Positions 1-10,103 of a stretch of 64,000 nt of DNA are shown piece by piece (within the stretch, counting starts at the first letter, position 1; each line of letters starts with the position of its first letter). A program made the translations under genes and the position numbers. This DNA is from an uncultured virus (IMG/VR IMGVR_UViG_3300042868_010712) (taxonomy: Duplodnaviria; Heunggongvirae; Uroviricota; Caudoviricetes): the IMG/VR virus record IMGVR_UViG_3300042868_010712, positions 1-64,000 of that record; one strand, given 5' to 3'. The notes under the pieces were generated by a model. That model saw nothing but the letters and a program-made list of their open reading frames with translations, had not been told where the DNA came from and did no database searches.

Positions 1-2
1 AA

Positions 3-854
3 TTCATTGAAGACGGCGTACGTCCAAATGACACACTCAGAATTAACTTCAGGCTCCGCGCGGACGGTAAGCGTACATATGACGAGTATGTTGTTGACCG
101 TGTGAGAACAAACACAACTTTAGTATTAACGAGGAGCTTAGCCACACCTATCAGCTCGCCTGTTAAAGCTCAAGTTGTGCGTAACTTCACTAAGTCCGAA
201 AGGGCAACAAACATCGCATACACTGCAGGAGAGTACAATAATCGTCGTGTGCGTATGGTGTTCCCTGATACCTATAAGTATGGAGGGGTTGTGAAGCAGG
301 GTTATTTTGCAGCCGCAGGATTAGCAGGATTACGCTCCGGCGTGGTACCTCACCAGGGTCTCACAAACTCTGAGTTCCTTGGAGCTGACGATTTAACTAA
401 GGTGGTAATAGACTTCACTGCGGATGACCTCAATACAATCGCAGAACAGGGTGTGTGGGTTATTACCCAAGAAGTGATTGGAGCTACCCCATATGTAAGA
501 CACCAGCTTACAACCGACGAGCGTAGCTTAAATACCTCGGAAGATTCTATCACAACAAACGTCGATAACATCAGCTACGCGCTCAAGCACACGCTGACTC
601 CGTTTATTGGCAGATACAACATAAATGACGACAACTTGCTCGCCGTTTATGCTGCTGTTGTCAAAGAATTAACATTCAGAGCCTCTAGTACTAGAACCAT
701 CAGAGCAGGTAACCAGCTCACAAGCTTTACGCCTGCAGACGATATTCTTCTATTACAAGTCAATCCTACCTATAAGGACAGGATTGATGTAGAAGTCAGG
801 CTCAATGTTCCATATCCCTTGAACTTCATTAACTTGAAATTGATAGTGGAGTAA
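3..854 (+). CDS. Contractile tail sheath protein, C-terminal part (5' truncated by window)
   Basis: Frame is open from position 3 (FIEDGVRPND...). The C-terminus resembles tail sheaths (AAAGLAGL...HQGLTN, VRHQLTT, RIDVEVRLNVPYPLNFI). It lies upstream of a tube-like gene. Confidence 0.8.
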   Translation, partial: FIEDGVRPNDTLRINFRLRADGKRTYDEYVVDRVRTNTTLVLTRSLATPISSPVKAQVVRNFTKSERATNIAYTAGEYNNRRVRMVFPDTYKYGGVVKQGYFAAAGLAGLRSGVVPHQGLTNSEFLGADDLTKVVIDFTADDLNTIAEQGVWVITQEVIGATPYVRHQLTTDERSLNTSEDSITTNVDNISYALKHTLTPFIGRYNINDDNLLAVYAAVVKELTFRASSTRTIRAGNQLTSFTPADDILLLQVNPTYKDRIDVEVRLNVPYPLNFINLKLIVE

Positions 855-858
855 ACAT

Positions 859-1092
859 ATGACCTCCTTTTCAGCAGGGTTCATAGCTGAAGCCGCAGTA
901 ATGGGGTTGTCCTCTTCGGAGGCAACCCAGTTACTTAAAAGAGCTGCAGAATATCCAGGGATGGAGCAATTAACATCTCATGAGCACAACACTGAAGAAG
1001 ACCCTTCCTCCATGGATGTGTTAAAAGAACTTCTACAGCAGGACATGATAAACAAAAATTTTGGTGGGTATAAACACAAAATTAATATCTAA
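859..1092 (+). CDS. Hypothetical protein
   Basis: 77-aa ORF tightly packed after the sheath gene. Confidence 0.6.
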   Translation: MTSFSAGFIAEAAVMGLSSSEATQLLKRAAEYPGMEQLTSHEHNTEEDPSSMDVLKELLQQDMINKNFGGYKHKINI

Positions 1093-1295
1093 TGAAAGTA
1101 GTAGTCACAGGCGATTTCAGAGAGCCTATCTTGCTTGATACAGATAAAGCCACAGGTCTTTTAATATTCTCTGACGAAGGCAGGCCTAATGTAATATATA
1201 GGATAGTCGGAAAAGGAAGAGCCTGGGTTAGATATACTAAAGGCGAAGATGAAAATTTTGACGAAGTAGCAAAATCTCTAGGACTATTAAAATAA
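1092..1295 (+). CDS. Hypothetical protein
   Basis: 67-aa ORF with TAATG overlap with the previous stop. Confidence 0.6.
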   Translation: MKVVVTGDFREPILLDTDKATGLLIFSDEGRPNVIYRIVGKGRAWVRYTKGEDENFDEVAKSLGLLK

Positions 1296-1306
1296 AACTA
1301 ATACCG

Positions 1307-1335
1307 TTGCATTTAAATAGTAAAAGAGCTATAAT
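1307..1335 (+). promoter_or_regulatory. Sigma70-like promoter
   Basis: TTGCAT-17 bp-TATAAT, followed by an A/C-rich leader before the tube gene. Confidence 0.65.
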
Positions 1336-1367
1336 ATTAACATCAACAACAAACCTAATAAAAACAT

Positions 1368-1790
1368 ATGGCAGATTTATATAAACATGAACACGCAACA
1401 GCAATAGCGCCATTTACGACAGACAAGTGCGCCATAAATTGGGGAGGACCTGTTTTCGCAGCAAACCAGGTATCTGTATCCTATACGCAGCAGGTGCAAC
1501 GCAGACGTACTATTGGAAATAAAAACGTTATGCTCTGGGCAAATTTACCTAGCGGTCAGATTACTATAGCTAGAATGATGGGAGAAAACTCGAAAGAGAT
1601 TTACAGTAAAAATGGCTGGAACATGTGTACCCCTACAGATATCACGCTTGAAACAAAAGGCTGCAAAGGCTCAGTTAAATTTACAGCCAAAGATTGTCTT
1701 GTTGTCAATTATCAGATACAGCTTGAAACAGAAGGATTGACTGTTATCGATAATCTTACTGTCGAATTCCTTGAGTTATCCCAAGGGTAA
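1368..1790 (+). CDS. Probable tail tube protein
   Basis: 140 aa, beta-rich (QVSVSYTQQVQRRRTIG...GQITIARM), downstream of the sheath, with its own promoter and terminator. Confidence 0.6.
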   Translation: MADLYKHEHATAIAPFTTDKCAINWGGPVFAANQVSVSYTQQVQRRRTIGNKNVMLWANLPSGQITIARMMGENSKEIYSKNGWNMCTPTDITLETKGCKGSVKFTAKDCLVVNYQIQLETEGLTVIDNLTVEFLELSQG

Positions 1791-1823
1791 TTCTGAAGTA
1801 CTTCTAGTATATTTCCTTGCAAC

Positions 1824-1864
1824 AATAGCCCTAGCCTTATATATTGAGGCTAGGGTTATTTATT
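1824..1864 (+). terminator. Intrinsic terminator-like hairpin
   Basis: AATAGCCCTAGCCT-9 nt-AGGCTAGGGTTATT, then TATT. Confidence 0.6.
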
Positions 1865-4213
1865 ATGTATATTAGAGAATATCAATCTGCAGACGTTTTT
1901 ACTGCTGTCGTAATCACTAACAACGCAGGCACAGGAATAGTAAGTGTAATCAGGGAGTCTTATGGTGGAGCGGAAGCCGACTTTGGCTTTGAAATGCAAG
2001 GTATCCCATTAGGTTCGACTATTGCCACCTATCTAGGCTTTAAAGAATCATGTTTACCTCAACCAGGCTCTAGAGTGGTATGCATCAAATTTGCTTCGAC
2101 TCATTGCTATATTGTAGGCGTAATTCCTGAGGAAGCTCTCGGAGGCGAAGCTATACCTTTAAGATCTATGCTGGGAGCCGGAGACGCGTCAAACGACTCT
2201 GCGAACAACCAAGGAATTACAGATAGAATAAGTATAGTAACAGACTTACAGAAACCTTCCGACGTAGTTGATGGTGAGCACGTAGTCAGTAATGAGTTTG
2301 GCGTTTTACTTGGGTTATACCAACAGCTAGCCAATTTAAAAGGCTCTGAGCTAGCGCAAATTCAATGCTTCCTGTTGGATGATTTGGTTAGAGTTGTAAG
2401 CCATAATTTTCAACATTACACAGCTCTAGGCGAGTATAATATATATCACGACGGTAAAAAAATAATGGCCGAGTTCGGTGCCACGCATTTACCGAAAGAA
2501 TCTTACGGAGCCACGGACTCTCCAACATTTCAAACAGACGAAGGCGCCTCTAAAGATGACTCTAAAGATCATTATAAGATAGAGGGAGACGAGCGCTTAA
2601 AGGCAATAGAAAGATTTAAGATTTTCCTGGGAGGGCTAGGAGATTTCCTTCATATTTTTCTAGTAAAACCTGCTGAAGAAGCCAGAAAACTAGACCCAGG
2701 ATCTAGCGTAAGCGAGCCTGATAGAGGTCTCTTTAATATGCATGTGGGTACAGATGGGGGACTACATTTAAGAAGCCTAAAGGAAGTATTTATTGAAAAA
2801 ACTAATTGGATCAGGGTACCTATCAGAAAAGCTGCTCCTGATGACCCAAAAGGAGATGATGCTGGGGAATTAAACTACGAAAAAAAGAAAAAATTTGAAT
2901 TTGACGACTCAGTTAAATATCTAGACAACCCTTTTGCTTACAGCTTACAGCTTAAAGACTATGTAGCTTATGTTAACGAAAAACTAGGCTACCAGAATTT
3001 TAAAACACACGAAAAAGATTTCGACGTAAACGACAGTATAGGTAAAGAGAAAAAAATACCCGAAATAGACGAAATTGATGAGGAAACTAAATTAAATTTA
3101 TCTGAGTATAAACTACGCACAGCGGGCATATATCTGATGCCTAATGGCGGTATCACGATCAGAGACGCATGGAACTCCTCTATTGTTCTAGAGGGCGGAA
3201 ACATCTATTTACAGCCAGCCAAAGATCTCATGTCTCTACCTTTAAGACATGATATAGTTAAAGCTGGAGGCTCTGTAAGTATTGCAAGTAGAAAGCACAT
3301 GGATTTATCATCTACCGATGAAGGTATTAGATTAAAGGCTGAGAAATCAGCATACATCTACAGCAATAAAGGTGGAATTGTACTGGAATCTGCAGGAAAC
3401 GAAGACACTCCAGGCACCCCAGAAGAAGAAGCACTGGAGTATGTGGGAGGTATAGTACTCAAATCGGCTTTAGGTATATACAACTACGCAGCTGGAAATA
3501 TATTGAATTATACTGTTAAAGACTTTTACATAGAAGCCACAGAGGCACTATATGCAGTAGGTTCAAATGTGGTTCTTTTTGGCAAGAAAGGCTTTCTTGT
3601 GCTTGCAAAGAAAGGCTTTGATTTAATAAGTAAAACAACCACAACTTTAATGAGTGTAGGTAATGCAATGTTTGGCGGAATAGGCGCCACTTCTTTAGGA
3701 ATGAAAGACCAAAAGCTAGGAAACAAAGCAACTCCAAAATTTGGGTGGCTAGACGGAAAACCTCCCGAAGGTGTTGTAAACTTTCAAAGCTACTACGACG
3801 GTTATGAGGCAGATAAACAAATGAATGAGACCTTCGACTCTCTCCTTAAGTTTACTGTGTTTGAGGAAAAACAAAAGTTTGAAGACTTAAAGTTTAGATT
3901 TTTAAAATCTCTAAAATACAACTTATCGGACGAGGAAGATTGTATAGTTGGGTCGCTAGCCCAGCAAGACGACCTAGTAAGTAATGCATTGAAACTTGAG
4001 ACTTGGACTGAAAAAGAAGTAAATGAAACCATGCCTTTTCCAGGCAAAGAAAAAGGAGAAAAATATTACTTTTCTCCAGGCAAACTAACTAACCTAGAGA
4101 AAAGCCCTGACGACAAAGACCTTATTAACAAGGCGGACTCGAAAGAAAAAATGGAAGATAAAGCCAAAAAGGTTTCGTTATTTACAGAATATAAAGTACA
4201 AAAATCAAGTTAA
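1865..4213 (+). CDS. Probable baseplate central spike/hub (gp5/VgrG-like) protein
   Basis: N-terminal PQPGSRVVC OB-fold-like motif and C-terminal beta-helix-like Gly/hydrophobic repeats. ATG 1865 is preferred to TTG 1844, which lies in the hairpin. Confidence 0.5.
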   Translation: MYIREYQSADVFTAVVITNNAGTGIVSVIRESYGGAEADFGFEMQGIPLGSTIATYLGFKESCLPQPGSRVVCIKFASTHCYIVGVIPEEALGGEAIPLRSMLGAGDASNDSANNQGITDRISIVTDLQKPSDVVDGEHVVSNEFGVLLGLYQQLANLKGSELAQIQCFLLDDLVRVVSHNFQHYTALGEYNIYHDGKKIMAEFGATHLPKESYGATDSPTFQTDEGASKDDSKDHYKIEGDERLKAIERFKIFLGGLGDFLHIFLVKPAEEARKLDPGSSVSEPDRGLFNMHVGTDGGLHLRSLKEVFIEKTNWIRVPIRKAAPDDPKGDDAGELNYEKKKKFEFDDSVKYLDNPFAYSLQLKDYVAYVNEKLGYQNFKTHEKDFDVNDSIGKEKKIPEIDEIDEETKLNLSEYKLRTAGIYLMPNGGITIRDAWNSSIVLEGGNIYLQPAKDLMSLPLRHDIVKAGGSVSIASRKHMDLSSTDEGIRLKAEKSAYIYSNKGGIVLESAGNEDTPGTPEEEALEYVGGIVLKSALGIYNYAAGNILNYTVKDFYIEATEALYAVGSNVVLFGKKGFLVLAKKGFDLISKTTTTLMSVGNAMFGGIGATSLGMKDQKLGNKATPKFGWLDGKPPEGVVNFQSYYDGYEADKQMNETFDSLLKFTVFEEKQKFEDLKFRFLKSLKYNLSDEEDCIVGSLAQQDDLVSNALKLETWTEKEVNETMPFPGKEKGEKYYFSPGKLTNLEKSPDDKDLINKADSKEKMEDKAKKVSLFTEYKVQKSS

Positions 4214-4264
4214 GCTCGACAAGAACAATAAAATTTAGTCAAATCATTAAACCACAAATAAAAT

Positions 4265-4780
4265 ATGGAAGAAACACAGCCATTCAATCAATCTATAGAA
4301 ATGAATCCAGAACCTCCTAAGCAGGATTTAATTACCCCAGAAGACAAGGAAAGGTTCTTCAAAAGTATTCTAGCAAATACACCTTACGAAGAAACTATCA
4401 GTCTGTTTGACGGTCAGATGAAAGTGCGCTTTAGAGCCATGAGTGTTAAAGAAAACAACGACGTGGTTGAACAGATTATCCAAGATAAAAAGAATGGTAT
4501 GGCTGCCGATAATGACGCGTACTTCATCACCATTTCAACTTACAGACTAGCTACGTCGCTTGTATCTATAGATGACAAGGAGTATTCAAGCGTCACTAAA
4601 GACAATTTTTCTGAAACGGCAGAAAAAGATACATATATTCTAGCGAGAGCAAGGCCCATGCAAGCCTGGGCCACACCAAAGCTGTCCTTATTCTTGGATG
4701 CCTTTCAAAAATTTGAGGCAAAATTAGTTAAACTAACTAATGAGGTGCAGACTGCAAATTTTTGGAAAGCCAGCGCGTAA
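4265..4780 (+). CDS. Tail assembly chaperone (gpG-like)
   Basis: Sits two genes upstream of the tape measure and ends in the in-frame slippery heptamer A AAT TTT. Confidence 0.7.
   Translation: MEETQPFNQSIEMNPEPPKQDLITPEDKERFFKSILANTPYEETISLFDGQMKVRFRAMSVKENNDVVEQIIQDKKNGMAADNDAYFITISTYRLATSLVSIDDKEYSSVTKDNFSETAEKDTYILARARPMQAWATPKLSLFLDAFQKFEAKLVKLTNEVQTANFWKASA
4756..4762 (+). promoter_or_regulatory. Programmed -1 ribosomal frameshift site (A AAT TTT)
   Basis: XXXYYYZ heptamer in the reading frame of 4265..4780. The -1 frame is the open ORF 4762..5133. Confidence 0.75.
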
Positions 4781-5133
4781 AATGCCTTACTGAAGGTTAT
4801 CTGCGTGGCTGGCTAAATTTTGAATATCCTCTCAACACGTCTAAATTAAGAGAAGATCTTATTTTAGACTATATTGAGGAAGATAGGCTATTTCAACTAC
4901 TACAGCACAAGCTGTTCATGGAAACAGTTATTAGAAGCTCCCCAGGACCTGGGGCAAAAACGTTAGATCCTATATTCGAAGTGTCTAGATCGCTTATAGG
5001 ATTAAAATTGCCTTCTGCGCTACCAGCAGATAAAATAAAGAAAGCTGGCAGTGCAGGAGGTTCAAATAAACCCCTCACACCTGAAGAAATTGAAGAATAT
5101 AAAGCTTTACTAAAAGAGTTAAATAAAAAATAA
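4762..5133 (+). CDS. Tail assembly chaperone frameshift extension (gpT-like)
   Basis: In the -1 frame relative to the upstream ORF. Its called start is a TTG overlapping the slippery site, and it abuts the tape measure start. Confidence 0.7.
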   Translation: MESQRVKCLTEGYLRGWLNFEYPLNTSKLREDLILDYIEEDRLFQLLQHKLFMETVIRSSPGPGAKTLDPIFEVSRSLIGLKLPSALPADKIKKAGSAGGSNKPLTPEEIEEYKALLKELNKK

Positions 5134-8100
5134 ATGAACGAGTACGGGGATCAAGTAGGCAGTTTTAGACCATACGGAGCGTTTTCCGAGTATCACAGTA
5201 TGGGCAGAAACTACGGTGACCCCCGATTAAACATGCTGGGGCAGGTTTTGTTTGGGCATTCTTACATGCCTAAACCAGAAAGCGGGCAAAGCGCATATGA
5301 CGCCTTTCTTCAAAAAGAAAGATCTATGCATTTTATGAATTTGCAAAAAAGCCAGTTTGCAAATAACCCTTTTTTTCAATCTATAGGTGTAGGCAAAGAT
5401 AACAAATTTTTAAAAAGCTTTGGCATGGCAGCTTCGCCGGACAGTACCATCAGCAGGTTCATGTCACCAATGATGGGAGGAAATCCGATGGCTGCGTCAA
5501 TGGGTATATACGCTAGCATGGCAGGAGCTGGAGGGATGGGGAATTTTGGAAGAATTAGTAGCATTTCTGAGGAAGAAACAGAATCAGTCATGCAGAACAT
5601 AGCTAGCGAGTTTTATAAAACCCAGAAATACGAAGGCCCTGAAGGTTATAGGGAAAAACTCAAAAATAAAACTGCCGATTTTTTATCAGATCAATTAAAA
5701 ACAGGACCTGCCGGCGAGAGATTTCTTCAAGACTTAGGTATAAAAGTAGAAAAGGATAAAAATGGCAAAGTTACACAAGAAACTAAAGACAGAATACGGA
5801 GATTTGATGTAACAGGTACCGAAAGCGATATAGCTCAGGAAGACGTTAAGTCCACGGTATCTTCAAATATTAAAGCGGATATTGATAAAGCTATAAAAGA
5901 AAGCGATAGTAAAACAAAGAAGGCTCTTGATGAGCGTATTAAAAAGCAGATCTTGGCGCATGGAGTCGCAGCAGCAGACGAAATAGAAGAAGCCGCCAAA
6001 GATACTAGCGGAGTCAAGCTTAAGGAATTAGTTTCCAGGTACGACAGTAAGGGCGAAGTAAGAACAGGAAAAGAAAGCCAGGCGGCGCGAGAAGAAATAG
6101 CCAAAGATTTAGGCGCCAGTATAGCTGGCCTTAAAAAAGCCGAAAAGAACTACTCCGAGGCTTTAAGTCCTCCAGAAGTCGAGGCCGAAAAACGATCCGA
6201 CAAGCCCTCCGAAACAACCAGGAAGCTAGTAAACCCTGAAGGAGAAAAACAAGAAAAAGAGTCCTTTTTTTCGAGGTTTTTAAAAGGATTTACAAAAGAA
6301 AAAACAACACAACCAATTGAGCAATCTGCAAAATACGATCCTCTAAGGTTTGATAAAGATGGTGTATCTCTTGAAGCCTACGGCTCAGGAATTAAAGAGC
6401 AATTAACACAGATAAGAAAAGCCAAAGAACTCGGCTTACTTCCAAAAGAATCGAATAATTTTAATTTCACAGGATACCAGCTTACTGATAAAGAATTAAA
6501 ACCTATTTTACCTGATGAAAATAGATCTAAGCTTAAGTCTGTATTGGCTGCCAGGCAGGCTGCAGCGATGATGACCGGAGACACTCAAGAGCTAGAAAAG
6601 ATTCAAGCTGAGACAAAAGATGTTCTTGAAAAATATCCGAGCATAAAACAAGAAACGGGAACGTCCAATCAGACTAACCAGCCTAACCAACCCAACCAGC
6701 CTAACCAACCCAGCCAGCCTAACCAACCCAACCAGCCTAACCAACCCAACCAGCCTAACCAACCCAACCAGCCTAACCAACCCAACCAGCCTAACCAACC
6801 CAACCAACCCAACCAGGCAAATCGTAAAGCTTTAGAAGATGCTGCACAAGAAAGGAAAAAAGCTAGCTCAGAGGTAGCCAAGAAGCTTTTAGGTATAGGT
6901 GTACCTGAACAAAAGATTAAAGAAATAACATCAGAAGATGGAATAATATCTACGGATAAAGCTGAAGACTTGCTAGACTTCTATAAAAAAGGAGGTGTAG
7001 CTAAGGAAAATACAGGGACAGACGCAAAAAAAATAAGAGACAGTATCGAAGCTCAGAGCTATCTAGCTAACGAGATAGACAATTTGGCCAGAGACGTAGA
7101 TACAGCCAAAGATAGTAAGACTAAAAACATAGCGCAAAAAAGTCTAAAAAATAAACTGCAGAGCCAGCTCGGGTATGCCAGCAATCAATACCAGGACCTT
7201 TTAGATTCCGACGGAAATGTAGATACAGCTAAGGCTAGAAAATATGCAGAAGGAGCTAGAAGTTTAAATCCACTGCAGAGAGATTTCATGGACGCGCAAA
7301 ACAAGGCGGACAGATATAATGGGATTAATTTTCAAAATACCCGAGGCTATAAAATAGAAGACTATACAAGTGCTTTCCAAAAAGCTTCAGAACTTAGAGC
7401 TCTAGGTGAAAAGAAATATGCAGATCCAGGGCAGACGGCAAAAGATTTCCAAAAAAATGCAGGGCAGTTCATGGATGCTGCAAAATCTTTATTTGGAGAT
7501 AAGTCAGGTGCTGAATTAGTTGAAAGCGCCAGTAAGTTGGTAGGAAAAGATAAATTAGACCTTTCCTCCGCAAAAGGTACAAGCGAGATAAGCGAGCTGC
7601 TCAGAAAGGCAAAGGCAACCGCAAGAGTTGCAAATATGAGCTTGAGTACAATGTTTTCAATCATTGACGCAACTACGGACCTTGTCAGAAATAATCCTCA
7701 GTTGCAGTACATGAGCCAGGCAAGTGTTTCCAACATGGCCTTAAAGTCTATTGAAACTGCCGCAGATCTAGGATCCTCAATGGGGGCCGCAGACTACAGA
7801 AAACTGGGAGGAGCTCAAGGAATAGCAACTACGGAAGCACAGGAAAATTTAAATTTTGCACAGTCTGAAAAGGGAGGAGCCATAGCTGCCTTTATGCTAG
7901 CAGGCAAAGGAGTAGACGTGGACCCTCTTACAGGTAAGGACGCTTCAGATAGGATTAAAGATATGTTTGAAGCAGGCGAATTGGACGCTAGAAGCATATA
8001 TTCAGGAAAAGGATTGGATAAGGTGGCAAAAGAGTTAAAGACAAACATAGCTAGAGTACACACTATTGCGGGTGACGAAATAATGCAGCAAGAGGCATTC

Positions 8101-9648
8101 AAAGACACCAAAATTTCTGACACTATCATGCAAGGCAACAAGAGAGATCGAGTTAACGATTTCTTTACATTAAATGAACAGCAGGGAGAGCTCTCAAAAG
8201 CTGTAGAGCAAGTTAAGGACGCTCAAGGTAATGTACAGTACGATGAGAATGGTAACGTCAAGACTAGGACTGTATATAAAAACACTAAAAACAAAGAAGA
8301 AACTATAAAGAGGTTCAAAGAAGCCTACGCTAAAGGAGAGAGTATCAGCGACTTCTTTCAAAGAGAGTTTATTACAGGAAATACAGGCAACGCTGACGCA
8401 CAAACCGCAGCCAGACAAAGCAGACTGGCAATCATGGAGGAGATGCTGAACTCGGTCAGGTCCGAACCTGAAAAAGAGCGCGTTAAAAAGAGGATAAAGG
8501 CAGAGGCAGACGCACAAGAGGTAACGTCGAAAAGATTCAGCGCCATACAGGCCCCGGTGGTAACTCAAGCCATCAACGCATTCATGCAGGGCAAAGTTGA
8601 TGGAAATTTGACAGAAGCTTTAACAGGTATATTTGCGATTAAAGGAGAAGACGACGTCAGAGCAGAGCCTTTAAAAAATGCGCAAAAAGCAATGGAAAGT
8701 GCAGCCTCAAAAGTTCAAAAAAATGTAGGCACGCAGCAGGATTTAATTAGAGGAACGGATGTCACTAAAGACATTAATGATATAGTACAAGCAAGAAAAG
8801 ATGCCGCATTTGCCGAGGGCGACATGGCGCAGGCTTCAAAATTAGGCAATGTAACAAAAGAAGAACTAGAGAACCTTGTAAATACCGGCGGAGCTTTAAA
8901 AGCAGATCCAAACCTAGACACTGCAGAAAAGCGCAGAGATAGACTAAGCCAGCTTAGAGAAGAAGCTAAAGGAGGGTTTAAGGGAAGCAGCAAAGAGCAG
9001 GCCAGAATTAAAAAAGACATGCTTAAGGCTCTCGAAGCTCATGAGAAGCTAGGTACTCTTGATATCGATGAGGCATTTAAAGCCGCCAATAGCGGTACGG
9101 TTTCTGGTGTATTGGCTGGCGAAGCTATAGCTCACACTGAAACAGAAAAGAAAAAATTACTGCAGGCGTCTAAAAACGAAAAAGTTAAGACCATGAGTGA
9201 AACCCTGACAGAGCAGGCAGGCAGGGTACAGGGAGAATCTTCGGAAGAAATCAAGAAGGCTAGAGAATTCTATATACAGAAATATGGAAAAAAGGACGCA
9301 GACTCAAAAATGCTTGAGGATTTCACAAAAAGAGGCAAGGAAGGAGACGAGCAAAACGATAAAGATAACTATTTTAGACAAAAAGAAGTTCAGGAAAAAT
9401 TAAAAGACACCGGCAAAAAGGGCAAGGGAATGCGCGATTTGAGTGACATATTGACTAACACTCAAGATCAAATACAGGGAGAAAAAGACAGACTATCAGC
9501 GTCAGGCGGAGGAAAAGGACCAGGAGACGGAGGAGCAGCAGGACTAAATGCAACCATGGAAAAAATAGCGACCATGTTAAGTGCAGACTCCGGCCTAGGT
9601 GGACAATTAGGTCAGCTAGTCATTGCTCTACAGCAACTCAAAAACTAA
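5134..9648 (+). CDS. Tape measure protein
   Basis: 1504 aa, helical and rich in A/K/E/G, directly after the G/GT chaperone pair. Confidence 0.75.
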   Translation: MNEYGDQVGSFRPYGAFSEYHSMGRNYGDPRLNMLGQVLFGHSYMPKPESGQSAYDAFLQKERSMHFMNLQKSQFANNPFFQSIGVGKDNKFLKSFGMAASPDSTISRFMSPMMGGNPMAASMGIYASMAGAGGMGNFGRISSISEEETESVMQNIASEFYKTQKYEGPEGYREKLKNKTADFLSDQLKTGPAGERFLQDLGIKVEKDKNGKVTQETKDRIRRFDVTGTESDIAQEDVKSTVSSNIKADIDKAIKESDSKTKKALDERIKKQILAHGVAAADEIEEAAKDTSGVKLKELVSRYDSKGEVRTGKESQAAREEIAKDLGASIAGLKKAEKNYSEALSPPEVEAEKRSDKPSETTRKLVNPEGEKQEKESFFSRFLKGFTKEKTTQPIEQSAKYDPLRFDKDGVSLEAYGSGIKEQLTQIRKAKELGLLPKESNNFNFTGYQLTDKELKPILPDENRSKLKSVLAARQAAAMMTGDTQELEKIQAETKDVLEKYPSIKQETGTSNQTNQPNQPNQPNQPSQPNQPNQPNQPNQPNQPNQPNQPNQPNQPNQPNQANRKALEDAAQERKKASSEVAKKLLGIGVPEQKIKEITSEDGIISTDKAEDLLDFYKKGGVAKENTGTDAKKIRDSIEAQSYLANEIDNLARDVDTAKDSKTKNIAQKSLKNKLQSQLGYASNQYQDLLDSDGNVDTAKARKYAEGARSLNPLQRDFMDAQNKADRYNGINFQNTRGYKIEDYTSAFQKASELRALGEKKYADPGQTAKDFQKNAGQFMDAAKSLFGDKSGAELVESASKLVGKDKLDLSSAKGTSEISELLRKAKATARVANMSLSTMFSIIDATTDLVRNNPQLQYMSQASVSNMALKSIETAADLGSSMGAADYRKLGGAQGIATTEAQENLNFAQSEKGGAIAAFMLAGKGVDVDPLTGKDASDRIKDMFEAGELDARSIYSGKGLDKVAKELKTNIARVHTIAGDEIMQQEAFKDTKISDTIMQGNKRDRVNDFFTLNEQQGELSKAVEQVKDAQGNVQYDENGNVKTRTVYKNTKNKEETIKRFKEAYAKGESISDFFQREFITGNTGNADAQTAARQSRLAIMEEMLNSVRSEPEKERVKKRIKAEADAQEVTSKRFSAIQAPVVTQAINAFMQGKVDGNLTEALTGIFAIKGEDDVRAEPLKNAQKAMESAASKVQKNVGTQQDLIRGTDVTKDINDIVQARKDAAFAEGDMAQASKLGNVTKEELENLVNTGGALKADPNLDTAEKRRDRLSQLREEAKGGFKGSSKEQARIKKDMLKALEAHEKLGTLDIDEAFKAANSGTVSGVLAGEAIAHTETEKKKLLQASKNEKVKTMSETLTEQAGRVQGESSEEIKKAREFYIQKYGKKDADSKMLEDFTKRGKEGDEQNDKDNYFRQKEVQEKLKDTGKKGKGMRDLSDILTNTQDQIQGEKDRLSASGGGKGPGDGGAAGLNATMEKIATMLSADSGLGGQLGQLVIALQQLKN
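6667..6819 (+). repeat. In-frame 9-bp tandem repeat, 17 units, encoding (NQP)n
   Basis: Alternating AACCAGCCT/AACCAACCC units inside the tape measure gene. Confidence 0.95.
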
Positions 9649-9654
9649 CAACAT

Positions 9655-10098
9655 ATGTCAGCATACCTAGCAACATCAACAAAGAATGACCTCTATAAAT
9701 CTGGAGGCACAGCAGATCATTTAATTAAAATATCCGGAGTAGACGATATCGTGGGCGAGGAAGGCTTGGCCATTTACAATACAATCACAGGTAAAATAAA
9801 TGACACCCTGCAGTACTTCTTAACTTACGACGACGTAATTAAAGTTGTGTGGTTTGGCAAGGGTGTAGGTTCTATCACAGCAGAAGGCACAATGTTTTCA
9901 GATTGTGACGGAGATATTCCAGGCATAAATAAATTCCATTCAGCTATATCAGGCTTGAGAGGTACCGTGTCTTCAGCCACAATAGGCAGTCTACATTTTG
10001 ATGTGATGATCACGGACGCCAGCGTATCTGTTTCCGGCGATCCTGACACATTGGCAAACTTTCAGATCACCATGGCCGTCCTCAACCATAACATGTAA
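9655..10098 (+). CDS. Probable tail tube initiator/baseplate protein
   Basis: 147 aa, tube-like pattern (FGKGVGSITAEGTMF), immediately after the tape measure. Confidence 0.45.
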   Translation: MSAYLATSTKNDLYKSGGTADHLIKISGVDDIVGEEGLAIYNTITGKINDTLQYFLTYDDVIKVVWFGKGVGSITAEGTMFSDCDGDIPGINKFHSAISGLRGTVSSATIGSLHFDVMITDASVSVSGDPDTLANFQITMAVLNHNM

Positions 10099-10103
10099 AA
10101 CCT

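Noticed and set aside
6667..6819. Possible CRISPR array
   Set aside because: Contiguous 9-bp units with no spacers, lying in frame within a CDS.
6592..6881. Minus-strand ORFs with (WLG)n and (LVGLVR)n repeats
   Set aside because: These are shadows of the NQP minisatellite in the tape measure gene.
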